Notes: generated by a model not told the origin, from the sequence alone. A stretch of 64,000 nucleotides of DNA from Nitrosopumilaceae archaeon (GCA_965214835.1 CBDCCK010000002.1:832001-896000); one strand, 5' to 3'. Positions 40,374 through 51,267 are shown, counted from the stretch's first letter. Program-made: numbers and translations.

Positions 40374-42137
40374 ATGGCAGAAGACGAGATTATAGGCGTA
40401 GTATCAAGCCAGGTAGGGCAGTTTGATACGTTGTCGCAGCTCCTGGCATCGTCAACGTCGCTTCAGATGGCATTCATCATCCTGGTTGCGGGAATCATAG
40501 CGATCGTCCTAGTCTACCACAAGTTTTCAAGCTGGGTAAGGTCGCAAAGGTTTTACTATCACAGGCCGCACCTGTCCAAGTTTGTCCGGGTGGCCATTCT
40601 TCCGTTTTTTGCCATAGCCCTGATCTCGTCTACCAATGCCTACATCCAGACGTTTGAGCTGTTCGGCGAGGACGCAGAGCGCATGGCAGTCCTGGAAAGC
40701 GACGCAATGACGGTAAGCGAGACCTTTGCAAAGATCCTCAATACGATGAATGTCCTGGTCATCGGATACACCATAGCGCACCTGATCCCCGTGGTCATGG
40801 CCAAGCGGGAAAAGTCGGTCTTGGAGAGGGAGGACTTTGAGGAATGGAAGGAGATGAGGGGGTTTCCCGACGATGACGGCGACGTGTTTCACAGGTTCTA
40901 CAGGTGGGTCGCGCCCACGCAGGTACCCGAGGACATTACGGGGGAGGAGTTCGAGGAGAGACTGAAGACCGAGAAGGGGAGGAGGTACCTTGAGGAGTAC
41001 AGGACTACAAAGGGGATTCCGATAGGAAGCTTTGAGGAGCTGGTAAAGGACCCGTTTGAGGAGTGGAAGAAAAACGAGAGGATAAAGTACCAGAAATACT
41101 TCAAAGAGTGCGTCTCGGGGGATAACCAGGCGGGCAAAAAACTGCGCACGGGACAGGACGTCGAGGAGATCTATCCCATAGATGTCTGGAGGGATGAAAA
41201 GAGAATCGGTGGGTTTGATTCCATCAATCCGGGAGCAAGGCCCCCTGGACATGCATTGAGAAAGAGAAAGGATCTGCCAAAGTCAGTCTCCCAGATCCTG
41301 CCACTCGGGATCTTTGTTGCAGTGGCAATCGGCGTAGTCAGCTGGTGGGGAATCGATCTGGTGGTGCTGGCAACGGCCACCGGCGGACTTGCCATCGGCA
41401 TAGGCTTTGCACTGCAGGAGACGATGCAGAACTATTTTGCATATGTGCTGATCAGAAAGGACAAGATTTTTGTCGAGGGGGATCGCGTCAAGCTGGATAC
41501 GGGGTACAACGGATATGTGCACAAGATTACCCCGAGGGTCACATACCTGCGTCACGCATTAAACGAGTCGTTTGCAATAATTCCCACAAGGCAGCTGGTA
41601 AACGCGCAGATAGTCAACTTTTCAAAGGACATCAAGATGGTTCCGGCCGTCGTCGAGGTAGGGGTGTCATACCTTAACAATCCCAGGCAGGTCGCGGCAA
41701 TCCTGGTCAAGGTCGGAAAGAAGGCGATGAAGGAGGTCAGGGACACAAAGGGCAGGCATCTGGTCAGGCAGGCCAGGTGCCCGTATCTGGACGAGAACAG
41801 GCCAAGCTGCGGATGTGACAAGGATATCCACACGGATATAAACCAGCCAGTGGTCCGCTTTACAAAATTCAACGACTCCTCGCTGGACTTTACGCTGTGG
41901 GTGTATGTGAGGGACTATGGCTCCCAATACAAGACCAAGACTGACATGCTCATGTACATCTACGACGAGTTCAAGAGGAACGATATCAGAATTCCATGGC
42001 CGATCCGTACGGTCTACCAGGGAGACGAGAGGCGGGAGGCCGAGGAGATCGGCTCGCTTGACGCCCAGAGGAAGGCAATCATCGACGAGTACGGGCTAGG
42101 AGACATCAACCGCGGGGATGCAGACGCAGGCGACTAG
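40374..42137 (+). CDS. mscS: Small-conductance mechanosensitive channel (MscS family)
   Basis: GGLAIGIGFALQET..N.FA, GDRV, VGVSY, FNDSSLDF.L and I.IPWP motifs. Confidence 0.88.
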   Translation: MAEDEIIGVVSSQVGQFDTLSQLLASSTSLQMAFIILVAGIIAIVLVYHKFSSWVRSQRFYYHRPHLSKFVRVAILPFFAIALISSTNAYIQTFELFGEDAERMAVLESDAMTVSETFAKILNTMNVLVIGYTIAHLIPVVMAKREKSVLEREDFEEWKEMRGFPDDDGDVFHRFYRWVAPTQVPEDITGEEFEERLKTEKGRRYLEEYRTTKGIPIGSFEELVKDPFEEWKKNERIKYQKYFKECVSGDNQAGKKLRTGQDVEEIYPIDVWRDEKRIGGFDSINPGARPPGHALRKRKDLPKSVSQILPLGIFVAVAIGVVSWWGIDLVVLATATGGLAIGIGFALQETMQNYFAYVLIRKDKIFVEGDRVKLDTGYNGYVHKITPRVTYLRHALNESFAIIPTRQLVNAQIVNFSKDIKMVPAVVEVGVSYLNNPRQVAAILVKVGKKAMKEVRDTKGRHLVRQARCPYLDENRPSCGCDKDIHTDINQPVVRFTKFNDSSLDFTLWVYVRDYGSQYKTKTDMLMYIYDEFKRNDIRIPWPIRTVYQGDERREAEEIGSLDAQRKAIIDEYGLGDINRGDADAGD

Positions 42138-42149
42138 CCTGCAGGCGGT

Positions 42150-43448
42150 ATGAAAATGGCCCTCACAGAACACATCAGGAGGAACTTGTGGCTTCAGGTG
42201 GTAATCTCCCTGCTTGCCGGACTGGGGGTGGGCGCGATCCTGGGAGGCGGCCCGGGTGCCGGGATAAGTGACGACGTCATGGATTACCTGTCGTCGTATC
42301 TGAAGATTCCGGCCAACATATTCTTGAGTGTGATCATGATGATCATCGTCCCGCTGATTTTCACGTCAATCGTGGTGGCCATTACCAACCTGGGTGCAAA
42401 GGAAAGGCTGAAAACCCTCGGGCTGGGAATCGGCGCCTACTTTGTGATAACGACTACAATTGCAATACTGATAGCGGTATCTCTTGCGACGGTAATAGCC
42501 CCCGGAAGCATCCTGGATCTGACGTCACTTCAGGAGACCCATGACCTCTCCGAGGAGGATCTGCGGGTCACCGACGGCTTTTCAATAGACGACATTCCAA
42601 GTGCCGTATCGGGCATAATTCCAAGAAATCCAATATCCTCCTATCTTGAGGGACAGATGTTTAGCATTCTGGTGATGGCAGTCATCGTTGGCCTGTCAAT
42701 GGCGGTTCTTCCCAAGGAGTCGGTGAGGCCGCTGCTGAGTCTGCTCGAATCGATCCAGCGGGTAACACTGCATATCCTGCTGGTTGCAATGAAGATCGTG
42801 CCGTTTGCGGTTTTCGGCCTGATAGTCGGCATGGTTGCAAAGGCGGGGGTGGAGACGATGGGCGGACTGGGGGTATACATGGGTACGGTGGTCGCCGGCC
42901 TTGGAATCATGCTGCTGGTATATGCGGTGATCCTGAAGCTGGTGACAGGAAGGTCGATATCGTCCACATTCTCAAGATTCCGCAATCCTCAGACCCTGGC
43001 CTTTTCAACGGCCAGCTCGATGGCCACGATGCCGGTTACGCTAAAGACTGCAGAGGAGGATCTGGGGATAGATGCGCGGGTGTCAAAGTTTGTAATCCCG
43101 CTTGGAACCACCGTGAACATGGACGGCACCGCGCTGTACCAGGTCATAGCAGTCTTCTTTCTGGCACAGCTGTTTGCAATCGAGCTGAGCATGGTATCCA
43201 TGCTGGTAATCATCATAACCTCGCTACTGGCATCCATCGGGACCCCGGCCGTGCCCGGTGCGGGGGTGATTGTCCTGTCGACCATACTCATAACGGTAGG
43301 AATCCCCCCGGTCGGAATCCTGCTGCTGCTTTCGGTGGACAGAATTTTGGACATGATCAGGACCATGGTCAATGTAACCGGTGATCTTACGGCATCCTGT
43401 GTGTTTGACAGGGTGGCAAGAAGGCAGTTTGCCGGATCTGCACGCTAG
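42150..43448 (+). CDS. Dicarboxylate/amino acid:cation symporter (GltPh family)
   Basis: AFSTASSMATMP, PLGTTVNMDG and DRILDMIRTMVNVTGD motifs. Confidence 0.93.
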   Translation: MKMALTEHIRRNLWLQVVISLLAGLGVGAILGGGPGAGISDDVMDYLSSYLKIPANIFLSVIMMIIVPLIFTSIVVAITNLGAKERLKTLGLGIGAYFVITTTIAILIAVSLATVIAPGSILDLTSLQETHDLSEEDLRVTDGFSIDDIPSAVSGIIPRNPISSYLEGQMFSILVMAVIVGLSMAVLPKESVRPLLSLLESIQRVTLHILLVAMKIVPFAVFGLIVGMVAKAGVETMGGLGVYMGTVVAGLGIMLLVYAVILKLVTGRSISSTFSRFRNPQTLAFSTASSMATMPVTLKTAEEDLGIDARVSKFVIPLGTTVNMDGTALYQVIAVFFLAQLFAIELSMVSMLVIIITSLLASIGTPAVPGAGVIVLSTILITVGIPPVGILLLLSVDRILDMIRTMVNVTGDLTASCVFDRVARRQFAGSAR

Positions 43449-43477
43449 TCAAAATTTAAGAGGGCCACCTCCAACGT

Positions 43478-44368
43478 GTGTTATTGGCAGCATATACCGT
43501 AATCGGCGGAAGCTCGTCGCAGGATCTGGCCAGAAGGATCTCAAGAAGGCTCAAGGCAGAGTACATCAGGGCCGAGCTGCGGGTTTTTCCGGACGGGGAG
43601 CAAAAAACCACCCTGTCTGCAAAGCCAAAAAAGGGTACAGTCGTGGTGGTCCAGTCGGCATCCCCGCCGGTGGACTCGAATCTGATCCATGCGCTGTCAT
43701 TGATTCACAAGGCAAAGGAGCACGGCTCGAGGGTTTTTGCGGTCATCCCGTACATGGGGTATGCAAGGCAGGACAGGGAGTTTCTGCCGGGAGAAATCGT
43801 CACCATGAAGGTCATTGCCGGCTTGCTAAGATCTGCTGGGGCCTCTAGGATTTTTGTTGTGGACATACACAGCAAGACCGCGCTGAGGCAGTTCAAATCC
43901 GTGGGGCGGGACGTCTCGGCGGTTCCCGACCTGGCAAGGCACCTGAAGAGATTAAGGCTCAAGGATCCGCTCGTCGTGTCACCCGATGAGGGGGGGAGGG
44001 AGAGGGCCGGGCAGTTTGCAAAGCAATTCGGCTCCGACTTTATCGTACTGCAAAAGAAGCGGGACAGGAGAACGGGCAGGGTGAGGATCATCTCGCCTGA
44101 CCTAGACGAGGCAGGGAACCGTGACCTGATACTAGTCGATGACATGATAAGTACCGGCGGCAGCATAGTCAGGGCCACGGAGTTTTTGAAAAGGCAAAAG
44201 TGCAGGCGGGTCTTTGTGGCATGTACGCACGCGTTGCTCATAAACGACGCAGAAAAGAAAATCAGGGGGGCAGGCGTGACAAAAATCGTCAGCACAAACA
44301 CAGTGCCGGGCGAGACATCCACGGTAGACGTGTCAGGCTCCGTTGCAAGGGCAATCCAGAATGCCTGA
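43478..44368 (+). CDS. prs: Ribose-phosphate pyrophosphokinase
   Basis: FPDGE, PYMGYARQD, VDIHS and VDDMISTGGS motifs. Confidence 0.95.
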   Translation: MLLAAYTVIGGSSSQDLARRISRRLKAEYIRAELRVFPDGEQKTTLSAKPKKGTVVVVQSASPPVDSNLIHALSLIHKAKEHGSRVFAVIPYMGYARQDREFLPGEIVTMKVIAGLLRSAGASRIFVVDIHSKTALRQFKSVGRDVSAVPDLARHLKRLRLKDPLVVSPDEGGRERAGQFAKQFGSDFIVLQKKRDRRTGRVRIISPDLDEAGNRDLILVDDMISTGGSIVRATEFLKRQKCRRVFVACTHALLINDAEKKIRGAGVTKIVSTNTVPGETSTVDVSGSVARAIQNA

Positions 44369-45305
44369 AAACTTTTTTGTGGTGTCCAAGGGAAACCTAG
44401 AGCTTGCAGTAGACGAGATCATCGCAATAGCCAGGTCGTATGATCGATCTGCAAGGATTGAGGTTCACACAAATCTGGTTCTGGTACAGACCAAGACCCC
44501 CTGGCAGAAAATCCACCGGCGGGCATCATACGTTAAAAACGCAGGCCAGGCTGTAAAAAGGCTATCAGACCTGTTCCCGGACGGTGATGCCGGGAAGATC
44601 CTTTGCAAGTCAGGAACCTTTGCCTGCAGGGTTTTGAATCTGTCGGGGGATCGTTTTGATCCCTCAGGCGTGGAGAGGCTCGCGGGGGATGCGATCTCAA
44701 GACACTCCAGTGCTAGGGTCTCGCTAAGGAATCCGGATTTTGTCATATACGTAATAATTGCTGAAGAATGCAGCTTTTTTGGATTTTCAACCGGGGTGCG
44801 CAAACACGGGCGTCCAAGGAGGGCCAGGGCCCATCCCAGTCAGCTGGATTGGAGACTGACCAGGGCGATGATCAACCTCTGCGGCCTGAGGGAGGGGGAG
44901 ACCGTCTGTGACCCGTTTTGCGGCACCGGCACGACCCTCCTGGAGGCAGAGTCAATGGGCGTGCACGGCATCGGGATAGACATCGACGGGAAAATGTCAG
45001 ACATGGCAAGGAAAAACGTCGCATGGAACGGATACGGCTCGGAGATCATAAACGATGACTTTAAGCGCGTTGCAGGAATCCTTGACAGGGTCGACGGGGT
45101 CGTCACCGACATCCCATACGGCCGGAACTCGAAGGTTCCGATAGCGCCGGAGGTTCTGATCACGGACCTGATGAGGATGCTTCCAAAAAAGAGGTTTGCA
45201 ATAATGTGCAAGGCCGAGCTTGCCGAGCAGGTAAGGCTGAAAAATATCAGGAGATACTCAATCTATAGGCATAAAAGCCTGACTAGGACAATACTGGTAA
45301 GATGA
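44361..45305 (+). CDS. THUMP-containing tRNA m2G10 methyltransferase (Trm11-like)
   Basis: [17 protein letters not shown] and HKSLTR motifs. Confidence 0.82.
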   Translation: MPENFFVVSKGNLELAVDEIIAIARSYDRSARIEVHTNLVLVQTKTPWQKIHRRASYVKNAGQAVKRLSDLFPDGDAGKILCKSGTFACRVLNLSGDRFDPSGVERLAGDAISRHSSARVSLRNPDFVIYVIIAEECSFFGFSTGVRKHGRPRRARAHPSQLDWRLTRAMINLCGLREGETVCDPFCGTGTTLLEAESMGVHGIGIDIDGKMSDMARKNVAWNGYGSEIINDDFKRVAGILDRVDGVVTDIPYGRNSKVPIAPEVLITDLMRMLPKKRFAIMCKAELAEQVRLKNIRRYSIYRHKSLTRTILVR

Positions 45306-46201
45306 AGCTTGTGTTTTTGGGCACGTCTGCCGCACAGCCGACCCCGGACAGGGGCCTGACCTGCGTCTGCCTGGAAAGGGACGGGGAGATCCTCATGTTT
45401 GATGCGGGGGAGGCGGCCCAGATTGCATACATGAGGTCGGGGCTGGGCTGGAACAGAAAGATGAGGATCTTGGTGACGCACATGCACGGGGATCACTGTA
45501 TCGGGATCCTTGGACTGCTGCAGACAATGTCGATGCAGGGAAGGACCGAAAGGCTGGAAATCTTCGGGCCAAGGGGGATTGACGAGTTTGTCTATGCAAA
45601 CATCAAGGTGTTAAACTTTGGACTGACGTTTCCGATCATGATCAGCATCATCGAGGAGGGGATGATCGTAGATGAGGAGGCATATTCCATCCATGCCTGC
45701 AAGGCCAGTCACTCGGTAACTGCATACTCGTACAGGTTTGACGAAAAGGGCAGGCCCGGGAGGTTCTTCCCCGAAAAGGCAAGGGAGCTGGGCATTCCGG
45801 AGGGGGAGCTGTGGGGCAGGCTGCAAAACGGAGGCGAGGTCGAGTTCAACGGCAGGAAGGTCTTGCCGTCACAGGTGCTAGGCGAGAAAAGGCCGGGCAA
45901 AAAGATCGGAATCTCGGGGGATACGCGTCCGACGGACGAGCTGAGGCGGTTCTTTGAGGGCTGTGACTATCTGACGTTTGATACGACGTTTTTGGAAGAG
46001 CTGAGAGACAAGGCGCTAGAGACGGGGCATTCCACGGCGGCCGAGTCCGGCAAGTTTGCCCGTGATGCAAACGTTGGAACCCTGATCATGACGCACTTTT
46101 CTGCAAGATACTCAGATGCCGAACCGCTGGTATCGGAGGGCAGGCGGTTTCATGACTCGGTAATTGCAGCCGAGGATCTTCTGGAAGTCGAGGTAGGGTG
46201 A
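45302..46201 (+). CDS. rnz: Ribonuclease Z
   Basis: [16 protein letters not shown], exosite, SGDT, GHST and THFSARY motifs. Confidence 0.96.
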   Translation: MKLVFLGTSAAQPTPDRGLTCVCLERDGEILMFDAGEAAQIAYMRSGLGWNRKMRILVTHMHGDHCIGILGLLQTMSMQGRTERLEIFGPRGIDEFVYANIKVLNFGLTFPIMISIIEEGMIVDEEAYSIHACKASHSVTAYSYRFDEKGRPGRFFPEKARELGIPEGELWGRLQNGGEVEFNGRKVLPSQVLGEKRPGKKIGISGDTRPTDELRRFFEGCDYLTFDTTFLEELRDKALETGHSTAAESGKFARDANVGTLIMTHFSARYSDAEPLVSEGRRFHDSVIAAEDLLEVEVG

Positions 46202-46923
46202 TGTACCTCGATGCGGTAAAACCGCGCCTGAGAGAGGCCAAAAGGGTCGTCTTTGTGACCGGTGCAGGCATATCCCAGGAAAGCGGCATTCCCACATTCA
46301 GGGGAAAGGACGGCCACTGGAGAAATCATGATCCCATGAGGCTGGCCACCATCGACGCGTTTTATGATGATCCAGAGCTTGTCTGGGAGTGGTATGATGA
46401 GAGGAGGCGGAACATTCTTGCGGCCCAGCCAAACGCGGGCCACAGGGCAATCTCGGAGCTGGAAAAGTTTACCGAGGTGGTCGTGCTGACGCAAAACATC
46501 GACGGACTGCACAAGAGGGCCAAAAGCTCGAACGTCCTGGAGCTGCACGGCAGCATAGTCAGGATAAAATGCACGGTCTGTGACTATCACGACGAGGTTC
46601 GGACCGGGTTTGAATCCCTTCCCCCCATGTGCGGGTGCGGAAACATGCTGCGCCCCGACGTGGTATGGTTCGGGGAACCCCTTCCCCAGGGGGTCTGGAG
46701 GGAGGCCATGAACCACGCAAGCAATGCAGAGGTAATGATAATTGCCGGAACATCGCTTGTCGTATCGCCGGCAAATGCGCTGCCGATGTATGCCAGGCAG
46801 AACAATGCCCTGCTAATAGAGATCAATCCCGAAAGGACCGCAATGTCAGACGGGATGGACGTCTCCATACGGGAGACGGCATCCGCTGCGCTGCCCGAGG
46901 TACTGGAAGTCTTCAGGGACTAG
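46198..46923 (+). CDS. cobB: Sir2-family NAD-dependent deacylase
   Basis: [36 protein letters not shown] and GTS motifs. Confidence 0.95.
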   Translation: MMYLDAVKPRLREAKRVVFVTGAGISQESGIPTFRGKDGHWRNHDPMRLATIDAFYDDPELVWEWYDERRRNILAAQPNAGHRAISELEKFTEVVVLTQNIDGLHKRAKSSNVLELHGSIVRIKCTVCDYHDEVRTGFESLPPMCGCGNMLRPDVVWFGEPLPQGVWREAMNHASNAEVMIIAGTSLVVSPANALPMYARQNNALLIEINPERTAMSDGMDVSIRETASAALPEVLEVFRD

Positions 46924-46949
46924 GGCTGCGGTTGTGAGCCTGCAAGGAT

Positions 46950-47228
46950 TTACGGCGCCCCAATCTCCGAGAGTCCCCCTTTGATGTTCTCAGTCACAAA
47001 GGCAGTCGAGTCTTCCGCAAGCTCGCCCAGCTTTGTATTGACGCTGCCGATTCCACCGTCAATCTTTTCGTCAAAGCCTTCCAATACAGAGTCCCTGATT
47101 CCGTCAAGATCCTCCCCGACGGAGGACAGCGAGCCTACGGAGTTTGGAAACGTCTCGGCCAGCTCGCTTGAAAAGAGGACTCCCCCCGCCAGCAGGACTG
47201 CGCCTATTATTGCCAGCTTTATTATCAT
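46950..47228 (-). CDS. Small secreted or membrane-anchored protein
   Basis: Hydrophobic N-terminus with an acidic helical remainder. Confidence 0.6.
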   Translation of the reverse strand: MIIKLAIIGAVLLAGGVLFSSELAETFPNSVGSLSSVGEDLDGIRDSVLEGFDEKIDGGIGSVNTKLGELAEDSTAFVTENIKGGLSEIGAP

Positions 47229-47313
47229 GAAAGAAACTCGAGGAGCCGTCTTTTTATCAGGCTGCTGAAAAAATTGATCTGAATGGGTTGATTTTTTTCA
47301 CATGTGCGGGGGA

Positions 47314-47709
47314 TTACGCCTGAACGAGCCACGCAGATACGGAGGCTATCTGCCTTGATATGACAGATACCTTGATCGGCCCCATGGGGGACTCGTCATC
47401 ATGCTCGCACAGGGCCGCAACGCCTGCAAAGGCCGCCTGCCTGTTGAGATAAAACCAGAAGGAGTCGTCGTGCGTGTTGAGTCGAATCTGCCTTCCAAGC
47501 GACCTTTGGGACTGCCTGTTGTGAATCTCCTCGCACAGACGGGCCAGACACCCCAGATCGGTTGAGGTGCTCTGCATTCTGTGGTTTTTTTCCCCGAAAT
47601 CCATCTCAGGGAAGATGTTGGCAAGGGCGTGGCGGACCTTTTGAGAGTCCTCAGACGGGCTCACCGAGCAGTCGACATGTACTCTACAGGAGACCTTTGG
47701 AGCCTCCAT
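47314..47709 (-). CDS. DUF54 RNA-binding protein
   Basis: PSED..KV..AL.NIFP, LNRQAAFAG and PMGPI motifs. Confidence 0.85.
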   Translation of the reverse strand: MEAPKVSCRVHVDCSVSPSEDSQKVRHALANIFPEMDFGEKNHRMQSTSTDLGCLARLCEEIHNRQSQRSLGRQIRLNTHDDSFWFYLNRQAAFAGVAALCEHDDESPMGPIKVSVISRQIASVSAWLVQA

Positions 47710-48260
47710 TACAGCCAGTCCTGGATGATTTGGTTGGCCCTTGCAATCAGCTCCTCCTTGCTGAGGTTGTTGTTGGAGATGGACTCGTCGGCCAGTGCAA
47801 TCGAGGTGGATATTCCAACCTTGATCTCGCGGTTATCGCGTTCTTCAAAATTATCCTTGTCCTGCGGATCATCAAAGCGCCCCCGCTTTGAAAGAAAGTC
47901 AAACCTCGTGTCAGTTGAGGCATGAATTGAAAGCAGCCTTACCTGGCAGAGCTTCCTTAACACCTCGATTTCCGCATTGGAGCGTATTCCGTCAATCAGT
48001 ATTACGCCAGAGTCCGATCTTAGAATTTCCGGCCTGATGAGCTCTGCAACTGCTCCCTGGCCGTTTTTTTCACGCAGCTCCAGCATCAGTCTTCCTAGGT
48101 TCTTACCGGTAGGCTCGAGGTTTCTGCTTGCGGCCTCGGATCGTACCGCATCGCCCATGTTGATCGTATGATATCCCTTTGACCTGAGGCCGTCAGCTAT
48201 TGTTGATTTTCCGGCGCCGGGCATGCCGGTAAGGCACACAATCAGTTTTGCCATTGGCAA
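47709..48260 (-). CDS. UPF0200 P-loop nucleotide kinase (dephospho-CoA kinase-like)
   Basis: GMPGAGKS, MGD.VR, IDGIRS..E and RD.RE..G motifs. Confidence 0.85.
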   Translation of the reverse strand: MPMAKLIVCLTGMPGAGKSTIADGLRSKGYHTINMGDAVRSEAASRNLEPTGKNLGRLMLELREKNGQGAVAELIRPEILRSDSGVILIDGIRSNAEIEVLRKLCQVRLLSIHASTDTRFDFLSKRGRFDDPQDKDNFEERDNREIKVGISTSIALADESISNNNLSKEELIARANQIIQDWL

Positions 48261-48327
48261 AAAGCGCCGTTTCTGCTCTATGAAGCTTGCCGGAAATCAT
48301 TATAAAGACGCCGGCAAAGGCGTGGTA

Positions 48328-48867
48328 ATGCGAGTTTTTGTGGCCGTGGAGATCCAAGACGGGGACGTTTTGGGGTCGATCCGGGACGTTCAAAACGAGC
48401 TGGGCATAAGGGCAAGGCCCGTTGCAACACAAAACATGCATTTTACCCTGCAGTTTTTGGGGGAGGTATCCGAGGACAGGATTCCCGGCATAACCTCTGC
48501 GCTGAGGACTGTCAGGTTTTCCCCCTTTGGACTGGAAATTCGGTGCATCGGCGCGTTTCCCAGGCCAGAGATGCCAAGAATAGTCTGGATCGGCACCGAC
48601 AGGGAGGGAGGAGAAAACATGGCAAGGCTGGCCCGCAGTGTGGAAAACGTGCTAAAACCGCTTGGCTTTTCACGGGACAGGGCATTCAGGCCACATCTGA
48701 CCATCTTTAGGATTAAAAGCAGGATCGGAGACATTACAAAGGACTTGGACAGGTTCGAGGGGACAAAATTTGGGAGGGTCGTGATCTCTGAAATAAGGCT
48801 AAAGCAGAGCAGGCTGGCCCCGTCCGGCCCGACGTATTCCGACTTGGAGGTAGTCAGGGCTGAGTGA
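48328..48867 (+). CDS. thpR: RNA 2',3'-cyclic phosphodiesterase
   Basis: Two HxT motifs (HFTL, PHLTI) and GP.YS. Confidence 0.93.
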   Translation: MRVFVAVEIQDGDVLGSIRDVQNELGIRARPVATQNMHFTLQFLGEVSEDRIPGITSALRTVRFSPFGLEIRCIGAFPRPEMPRIVWIGTDREGGENMARLARSVENVLKPLGFSRDRAFRPHLTIFRIKSRIGDITKDLDRFEGTKFGRVVISEIRLKQSRLAPSGPTYSDLEVVRAE

Positions 48868-48892
48868 CATCGAGCGGAGGATCACAAGGCAG

Positions 48893-50197
48893 GTGATTCC
48901 ATCAAAAAAAATCCAGAGGGAAAAAAGGGAGATTGCAGACTCGGTAATCGGGCTGATCGAGGGGGAGATTGCCACGCTATCTGAAATCGTAGATGTCGAG
49001 ATCGGCGGCTCGTATGCAAAGGGTACGTGGCTTGCAGAAGATGCGGACATTGATGTGTTTGTCAGGTTCAGGGAGGATATCCCGGATGAGAGGTTCCGCG
49101 AGTTGGGTGAGGGGATAGGACTTTCCGCACTGGAAAAGTTCAAGCCATGCATAAGGTATTCCGAGCACCCATATGTCGAGGCCACGATCAGGGGCACGAA
49201 GGTAAACGTCGTTCCATGCTACAAGGTAATGCGGGGGGAATGGAAGAGCTCCGCGGACCGCTCCCAGTTCCACACGAAATTCATGCGTGCGGAACTAGAC
49301 GAGCGCGGGCAGAACCAGGTAAGGATCCTAAAAAAATTCCTCAAATCCAACGGTCTCTACGGTGCGGAGATCTCCAAGCAGGGCTTTAGCGGATACGTCT
49401 CGGAGGTTCTGGTTTGGAACCTTGGAGACTTTAGGGGGGTTCTTGAAAGGTTTGCGCGAATCGGCGAGTCAGACGTCATAGGGGAGACGGATAGAAAGTT
49501 CCACACGCCAGTCACCATAGTTGATCCCGTCGACAGGAACAGGAACCTTGCAGCTGCAATCTCCAATGAAAACATCTCAAGGCTGATCCTGGCTGCAAGG
49601 GCATACCTGAAAAGACCCGCCGCGGACTTTTTCAAGCCAAGAAAGGCAGCGGATGCAAGACGGGCCCTAGAGCATGTCATTACGGTGGATTTTGAGTATT
49701 CCAAAAGGAGTCCGGACATAATGTGGGGCCAGATCAAAAGGGCATCCTCGTCCATATCTAGGCAGCTGGGCATGGGGGGGTTCAGGGTTGTTCGAAATAC
49801 GGCATTTTCAGACGAAAACGGCAGGTCTACGCTTGTCTTCATGATAGAGTCGGTGAACATCCCCAAAAGGGAGGTAAGGCGGGGGCCCGACATCTTCAAT
49901 GAGGGGGACTCGGCAAGCTTTGTGGCAAAAAACCTGAAAAAATCCCAGATGATGTGGGTAGGCAGGGACAACCGCATACTGTCATTGGAGGAGAGGGAGT
50001 TTGATGATGCCGGAAGGTTCCTTGAGAACCTGCTTACGGCCGGGATAGGCCGCTCCGGCCTGCCCAAGGGCCTCAGGGCAGACTTTGAGAAGGGGTTTAG
50101 GATCTCGGTGGCGGGGAGGGGACTGCGAAAGTCAATTAAAGAAGACCTTTTGGAGTTTGTTACAACCGATGAGAGGATCTTTTCTTCCAACCAGTAG
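48893..50197 (+). CDS. cca: Archaeal CCA-adding enzyme
   Basis: GGSYAKGTWL..DIDVF, EHPY, GFSGY.SE and DPVD..RN.AAA motifs. Confidence 0.95.
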   Translation: MIPSKKIQREKREIADSVIGLIEGEIATLSEIVDVEIGGSYAKGTWLAEDADIDVFVRFREDIPDERFRELGEGIGLSALEKFKPCIRYSEHPYVEATIRGTKVNVVPCYKVMRGEWKSSADRSQFHTKFMRAELDERGQNQVRILKKFLKSNGLYGAEISKQGFSGYVSEVLVWNLGDFRGVLERFARIGESDVIGETDRKFHTPVTIVDPVDRNRNLAAAISNENISRLILAARAYLKRPAADFFKPRKAADARRALEHVITVDFEYSKRSPDIMWGQIKRASSSISRQLGMGGFRVVRNTAFSDENGRSTLVFMIESVNIPKREVRRGPDIFNEGDSASFVAKNLKKSQMMWVGRDNRILSLEEREFDDAGRFLENLLTAGIGRSGLPKGLRADFEKGFRISVAGRGLRKSIKEDLLEFVTTDERIFSSNQ

Positions 50198-50927
50198 GCT
50201 GCTTGACCAGCCATACTCGGGGATACTGGGGTTTCCAAGGGCTACAAAACGACAGCTCCGGTCACGGGCGGGGGAGCTCGAGTCCCTGGGGGTTACGGGG
50301 GTTTCATTCCGGGGCCCGGTCAGGATAGGAACCCTGGGGATCCTGGGCAAGGGATATGTGGGAGTCGTGGTCCTGGGCAGAATGGGAAACAAGACCGTGG
50401 CAGTAAAGATCCGGCGCACGGATTCCCAGAGACGGACGCTGGCAGGGGAGGCAAGACTGTTGAGAAGGGTCAACGAGGTCAAGGTCGGGCCCAGATTCAT
50501 TGCAGGTAGCAGGAACTTTCTGGTCATGGAATACTTGGACGGTCAGAAGATATCGGACTGGATTGCAGGTGTCAGGGGCAGGGGAGCTGCAGGGGAGGCA
50601 AGGGCCGTAATAGCAAAGGTTCTTCAGGATTGCTTCAGGTTGGATGTTTCAGGGATCGATCACGGGGAGTTAAGCGTGATTTCAAAGCACGTCATTGTTG
50701 GGAAAAAGACGACCGTGATAGACTTTGAAGGCTCCAGTACCAAGAGGCGGGTCTCAAACGTTACCTCGGCGACGCAGGGAATCTACATAGGCTCGGGAAT
50801 CGCAAAAAAGGTCTCCAGAATCTACAGGGTTCCGCCCAGGCAGGAAATCATCAGTGCGTTAAGGGACTACAAACGGAATATTTCAAGGGAAAACTATGAG
50901 GGTCTGCTAAGGGTCTTGAAGTTATGA
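50169..50927 (+). CDS. RIO/Bud32-like Ser/Thr kinase
   Basis: LGKGYVG.V, VAVKIRR, GIDHGEL and IDF motifs. Confidence 0.85.
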   Translation: MRGSFLPTSRLLDQPYSGILGFPRATKRQLRSRAGELESLGVTGVSFRGPVRIGTLGILGKGYVGVVVLGRMGNKTVAVKIRRTDSQRRTLAGEARLLRRVNEVKVGPRFIAGSRNFLVMEYLDGQKISDWIAGVRGRGAAGEARAVIAKVLQDCFRLDVSGIDHGELSVISKHVIVGKKTTVIDFEGSSTKRRVSNVTSATQGIYIGSGIAKKVSRIYRVPPRQEIISALRDYKRNISRENYEGLLRVLKL

Positions 50928-50931
50928 TGTA

Positions 50932-51005
50932 TGGGATCGGCAGGATTCGAACCTGCGACCACTTGTCCCCCAGACAAGTATCATACCAAGCTAGACGACG
51001 ATCCC
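50932..51005 (-). tRNA. tRNA-Pro(GGG)
   Basis: GGGATCG acceptor stem, anticodon arm CTTGT-CTGGGGG-ACAAG, T arm GCAGGTTCGAATCCTGC. Confidence 0.95.
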
Positions 51006-51060
51006 GTGTAATTCATGGACAGGATGAAATTATTAAATCGTGGGATGTCCCCGTAATATC

Positions 51061-51267
51061 ATGAGGATTTGCTCCATATGCGGCAGGATTTCAGGCAGCG
51101 GGCAGGATCACCTGGACTGCACCGAAAGGCGCCGCGTCGAGCTGGAGGACGAGGACTTTAAGGGTAAAATTCCGGATAAGCTGGACGTCTCGGGGGGCTC
51201 GGAGCTGGCCAAGGAGGTCAGGGCAATCATGGAGCACATGGCCAAGGACAGGGAAAGGCAGTCCTAG
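51061..51267 (+). CDS. Small hypothetical protein with CxxC...HxxC
   Basis: MRICSICG...DHLDC; TATA-like element upstream. Confidence 0.6.
   Translation: MRICSICGRISGSGQDHLDCTERRRVELEDEDFKGKIPDKLDVSGGSELAKEVRAIMEHMAKDRERQS

Noticed and set aside
48328-50927. thpR-cca-kinase as a novel RNA repair system
   Set aside because: A widely conserved archaeal gene cluster
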